A DNA stretch of 64,000 nt from Candidatus Poribacteria bacterium (GTDB lineage Bacteria; Poribacteria; WGA-4E; PCPOR2b). The translations under genes were made by a program, and so were the position numbers. Of this stretch, positions 61,625 through 64,000 are shown piece after piece; the stretch's first letter is position 1; each line of letters starts with the position of its first letter. The DNA lies in assembly GCA_965208325.1 (NCBI GenBank), contig OZ242326.1, forward strand, positions 3,936,001 through 4,000,000, given 5' to 3'. Under the pieces are notes generated by a model. The model was not told where the DNA came from, made no database searches, and saw only the letters and a list, made by a program, of their open reading frames with translations.

Positions 61625-62394
61625 AGTTCGCGGCTGCGTGGGTTTGTCTTTAGGACATAGAGTTCTTCGAGGAATACGTCGTAATCAATGTGTTTATGAC
61701 CGCCCATTTTTCGGGCGATAGGGTCTCCGATGGTGTGCGCTAATTTCAACCGGCGCGGTAACGGAAGGGTCCGACGACGTACGAGATACTCGCGTATCGC
61801 CGCTAGTTCAGCGTCGGAAACCTGAGCTGGTTGAATCCAGCCGGCATAGACAAAATTCGACTTTTGGATGGTCGGGGGATGTACTGGATTGGGAGAAGCC
61901 ACGGCGTCCTCTTTAACAACGAGTGTACCAGCCGCTAAATCGCCCAACCGCTGCCAATTTTTGTTAAATAGCATAGCGACTAGCCCGGCGCCGTAGCAGA
62001 ATGGCAGAAAATCGATAATTCGGACCAAGTTCCTTATAGCTGAATCTGAAAAGTTGATTGGGTATCCGTTCGTTTTTATAACCCGCAAACCGAGTGCGCG
62101 CTTGCCCGGAGACTGGCCATTTGTTGTAATCTCAAACGCGATATAGTAACCCCAGATGAGCGCGAATATGGCTATGCTGGTAATTGCCACCAGCCAATTA
62201 CCAAAATTTTCATCTAGAACTGCATGGGTACGTATGATAACATAGACACCTATGCAAATAAGCGGGATTAGCACGGCGATATCAACGAATGCGGCATAAA
62301 AACGGGAACCGATTCCTGCAATACTATAGTTGATTCTGATTTGTTCAGGGGTTTCAACATATAGACGGTCGTTAATCTCTCTTTTCGTAGTCAT
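61621..62394 (-). CDS. RDD family protein
   Basis: ETPE, AGIGSRFYAAFVD, GQSPGK..LGLRV, RN..R.ID, QRLGDLAAGT. Confidence 0.93.
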   Translation of the reverse strand: MTTKREINDRLYVETPEQIRINYSIAGIGSRFYAAFVDIAVLIPLICIGVYVIIRTHAVLDENFGNWLVAITSIAIFALIWGYYIAFEITTNGQSPGKRALGLRVIKTNGYPINFSDSAIRNLVRIIDFLPFCYGAGLVAMLFNKNWQRLGDLAAGTLVVKEDAVASPNPVHPPTIQKSNFVYAGWIQPAQVSDAELAAIREYLVRRRTLPLPRRLKLAHTIGDPIARKMGGHKHIDYDVFLEELYVLKTNPRSREL

Positions 62395-62502
62395 TCGATC
62401 TCCAGAGACGTTTATAAGCGCAAATAATTACGCGCAAACCCGCGCTGCGCGGGGTCTACTGCGCGTTTCCCGCAATATCATCAACTGACGACGCTATAAT
62501 AA

Positions 62503-63483
62503 ATGACTTTAGAAGAATTTATTAACAAAAAGCAGCCAATCTGGTCAGAGTTGGAAGGGTATTTGAACCGCGGCCGGCGGGGCAATATCGGCAGCGCTAC
62601 GCCAACGCAACTCAATCGTTTGGGATATTTGTACCGCCGTGTGACCTCCGATTTGGCAATTGCCCGGCGCGATTTTCCAGACGACCGCTGTGTTTCATAC
62701 CTGAACACGCTGGCTTCCCGCGCCCACAGCGGCATCTACCAAAGCTCCCCCTTGAAAAGAAACACGATTCGCCAGTTCTTTAGCTCCGGGTTTCCGACGC
62801 TGTTTCGCAGCAACCTCCGTTTCATCTCGGCTGCGTTTTTGCTGTTTACGCTCGGGTTTGCCGCGACATATTGGATGGCGCTGGTGAACCCTCAAATTGC
62901 GGAAAAACTCGCGCCTGAAGACATTGTTGATACGATACACGAGAAGGAGATGTGGACGAACATTCCGGAGTTACAGCGAAATCTGTTTGCTTCATTTATC
63001 ATGACCAATAACATTCGTGTCGCGTTTTTGGCGTTCGCTAGCGGTATCATGTATATGGTCGGAACAGTTTATATTCTAGCCTTCAATGGTGTGCACATCG
63101 GCACGATTGCAGGGTTATGCCACGTGCATGGGCTCGCCCAGCCACTCTGGACGTTTGTGTCGCCGCACGGTTATATCGAATTGACGACAATTTTTATCGC
63201 GGGTGGTGCGGGCTTAAAAATGGGGTATGCGCTGATTGGCCCGACACTGTTTACCCGGAAACGCGCATTGACCGATGCAGCGAAAACCGCGGTCAAACTC
63301 ATCGGCGGCTGCGTTGTTCTGCTCGTCATCGCCGGCGTGATTGAGGGTTTTATCTCACCTTCAGGTTTACCGCCACCCGTCAAGGTCGGATTCGGATTCA
63401 CAACCGGCGTGTTGCTGTTCTCCTATCTCTTTTTGATGGGCAGGTCGAGAAAACCGTCGATACCGACAAATGCGGAAGATTAG
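62503..63483 (+). CDS. SpoIIM/DUF95 family membrane protein
   Basis: LYR....DLA, I.TNNIRVAF, PHGYIEL, AG.IEGFISP. Confidence 0.92.
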   Translation: MTLEEFINKKQPIWSELEGYLNRGRRGNIGSATPTQLNRLGYLYRRVTSDLAIARRDFPDDRCVSYLNTLASRAHSGIYQSSPLKRNTIRQFFSSGFPTLFRSNLRFISAAFLLFTLGFAATYWMALVNPQIAEKLAPEDIVDTIHEKEMWTNIPELQRNLFASFIMTNNIRVAFLAFASGIMYMVGTVYILAFNGVHIGTIAGLCHVHGLAQPLWTFVSPHGYIELTTIFIAGGAGLKMGYALIGPTLFTRKRALTDAAKTAVKLIGGCVVLLVIAGVIEGFISPSGLPPPVKVGFGFTTGVLLFSYLFLMGRSRKPSIPTNAED

Positions 63484-63563
63484 GTGTGTTTGACATATCG
63501 CCCGCTCTTGAACCTGGTAAGGAGCATTTTTAATTGTCGAATACCACGTTAGACAGGGAATTG

Positions 63564-64000
63564 ATGGCTTGTAGACCAGTCCCTGTGAATCCTAAATTCT
63601 TCAATCCAAACTGTACGCTTCCTTATGGTTTGGCGGTAGAACATATCCGTCAAGCAATGGAAGGTTTTGTTGATTTCCTAGGGTTTATTAACGCGCAACT
63701 TTACACGAAGGAGATTCCGCGCCTTGAAAGTTTCTTAATGCCCGCAAACTTTAGTAGCATCGTTGGCGAGTTCATCAACACCAACATACCGATGCATTGC
63801 TTTGACTTAGCGAAGAACCAGTATCACAATGGACATCCAGATTTGCTTCCAAAAACGATGTTTCCGAATAATGCGGTGCAGTATGCGCAAGAAGGCATCG
63901 AAGTTAAAGCGTCCCGTCATGCAAGCGGCTGGCAAGGGCACAACCCAGAATCCGTTTGGCTTATGGTGTTTTACTTTGACAGTAATACTTCACGCGATTC
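63564..64000 (+). CDS. PD-(D/E)XK nuclease, putative type II restriction endonuclease (3' partial)
   Basis: Not in the ORF track; open from ATG 63564 to the window end; GHPDLLP...GIEVKAS. Confidence 0.6.
   Translation, partial: MACRPVPVNPKFFNPNCTLPYGLAVEHIRQAMEGFVDFLGFINAQLYTKEIPRLESFLMPANFSSIVGEFINTNIPMHCFDLAKNQYHNGHPDLLPKTMFPNNAVQYAQEGIEVKASRHASGWQGHNPESVWLMVFYFDSNTSRD

Overview
Bacterial chromosomal window, most likely Candidatus Poribacteria or a close relative. This is an inference from the YPNPFNPETW C-terminal domain, PhyH, ankyrin, WD40 and TPR genes, and ECF sigma-propeller fusions. Left to right: PAP2, an ECF sigma/ZAS anti-sigma pair, a TPR protein and a LecA-like lectin; a hydrolase with rpe; a transglutaminase-like protein; a stand-alone rpoBC operon with its own consensus promoter; a YtrA-type GntR/ABC operon; a radical SAM pseudogene; a secreted 5'-nucleotidase; and a MoxR/DUF58/DUF4129/DUF4350 module whose RDD and SpoIIM partners lie about 23 kb away. 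The gap holds about 20 co-oriented cassette-like genes, starting with a HisG-HisE fusion, followed by a family of membrane-anchored ECF sigma proteins with exchangeable beta-propeller domains (one intact, one with a decayed sigma domain, plus a sigma fragment at 28.5 kb). A partial PD-(D/E)XK nuclease ends the window. The best leads are the modular sigma-TM-propeller system with an internal ribosome-binding site, rifamycin-pocket substitutions in RpoB, the HisG-HisE fusion, a Cys-rich RpoC insertion and the LecA-like lectin. I saw no rRNA, tRNA, CRISPR array, integrase or transposase. All calls come from reading motifs by eye, without database searches.
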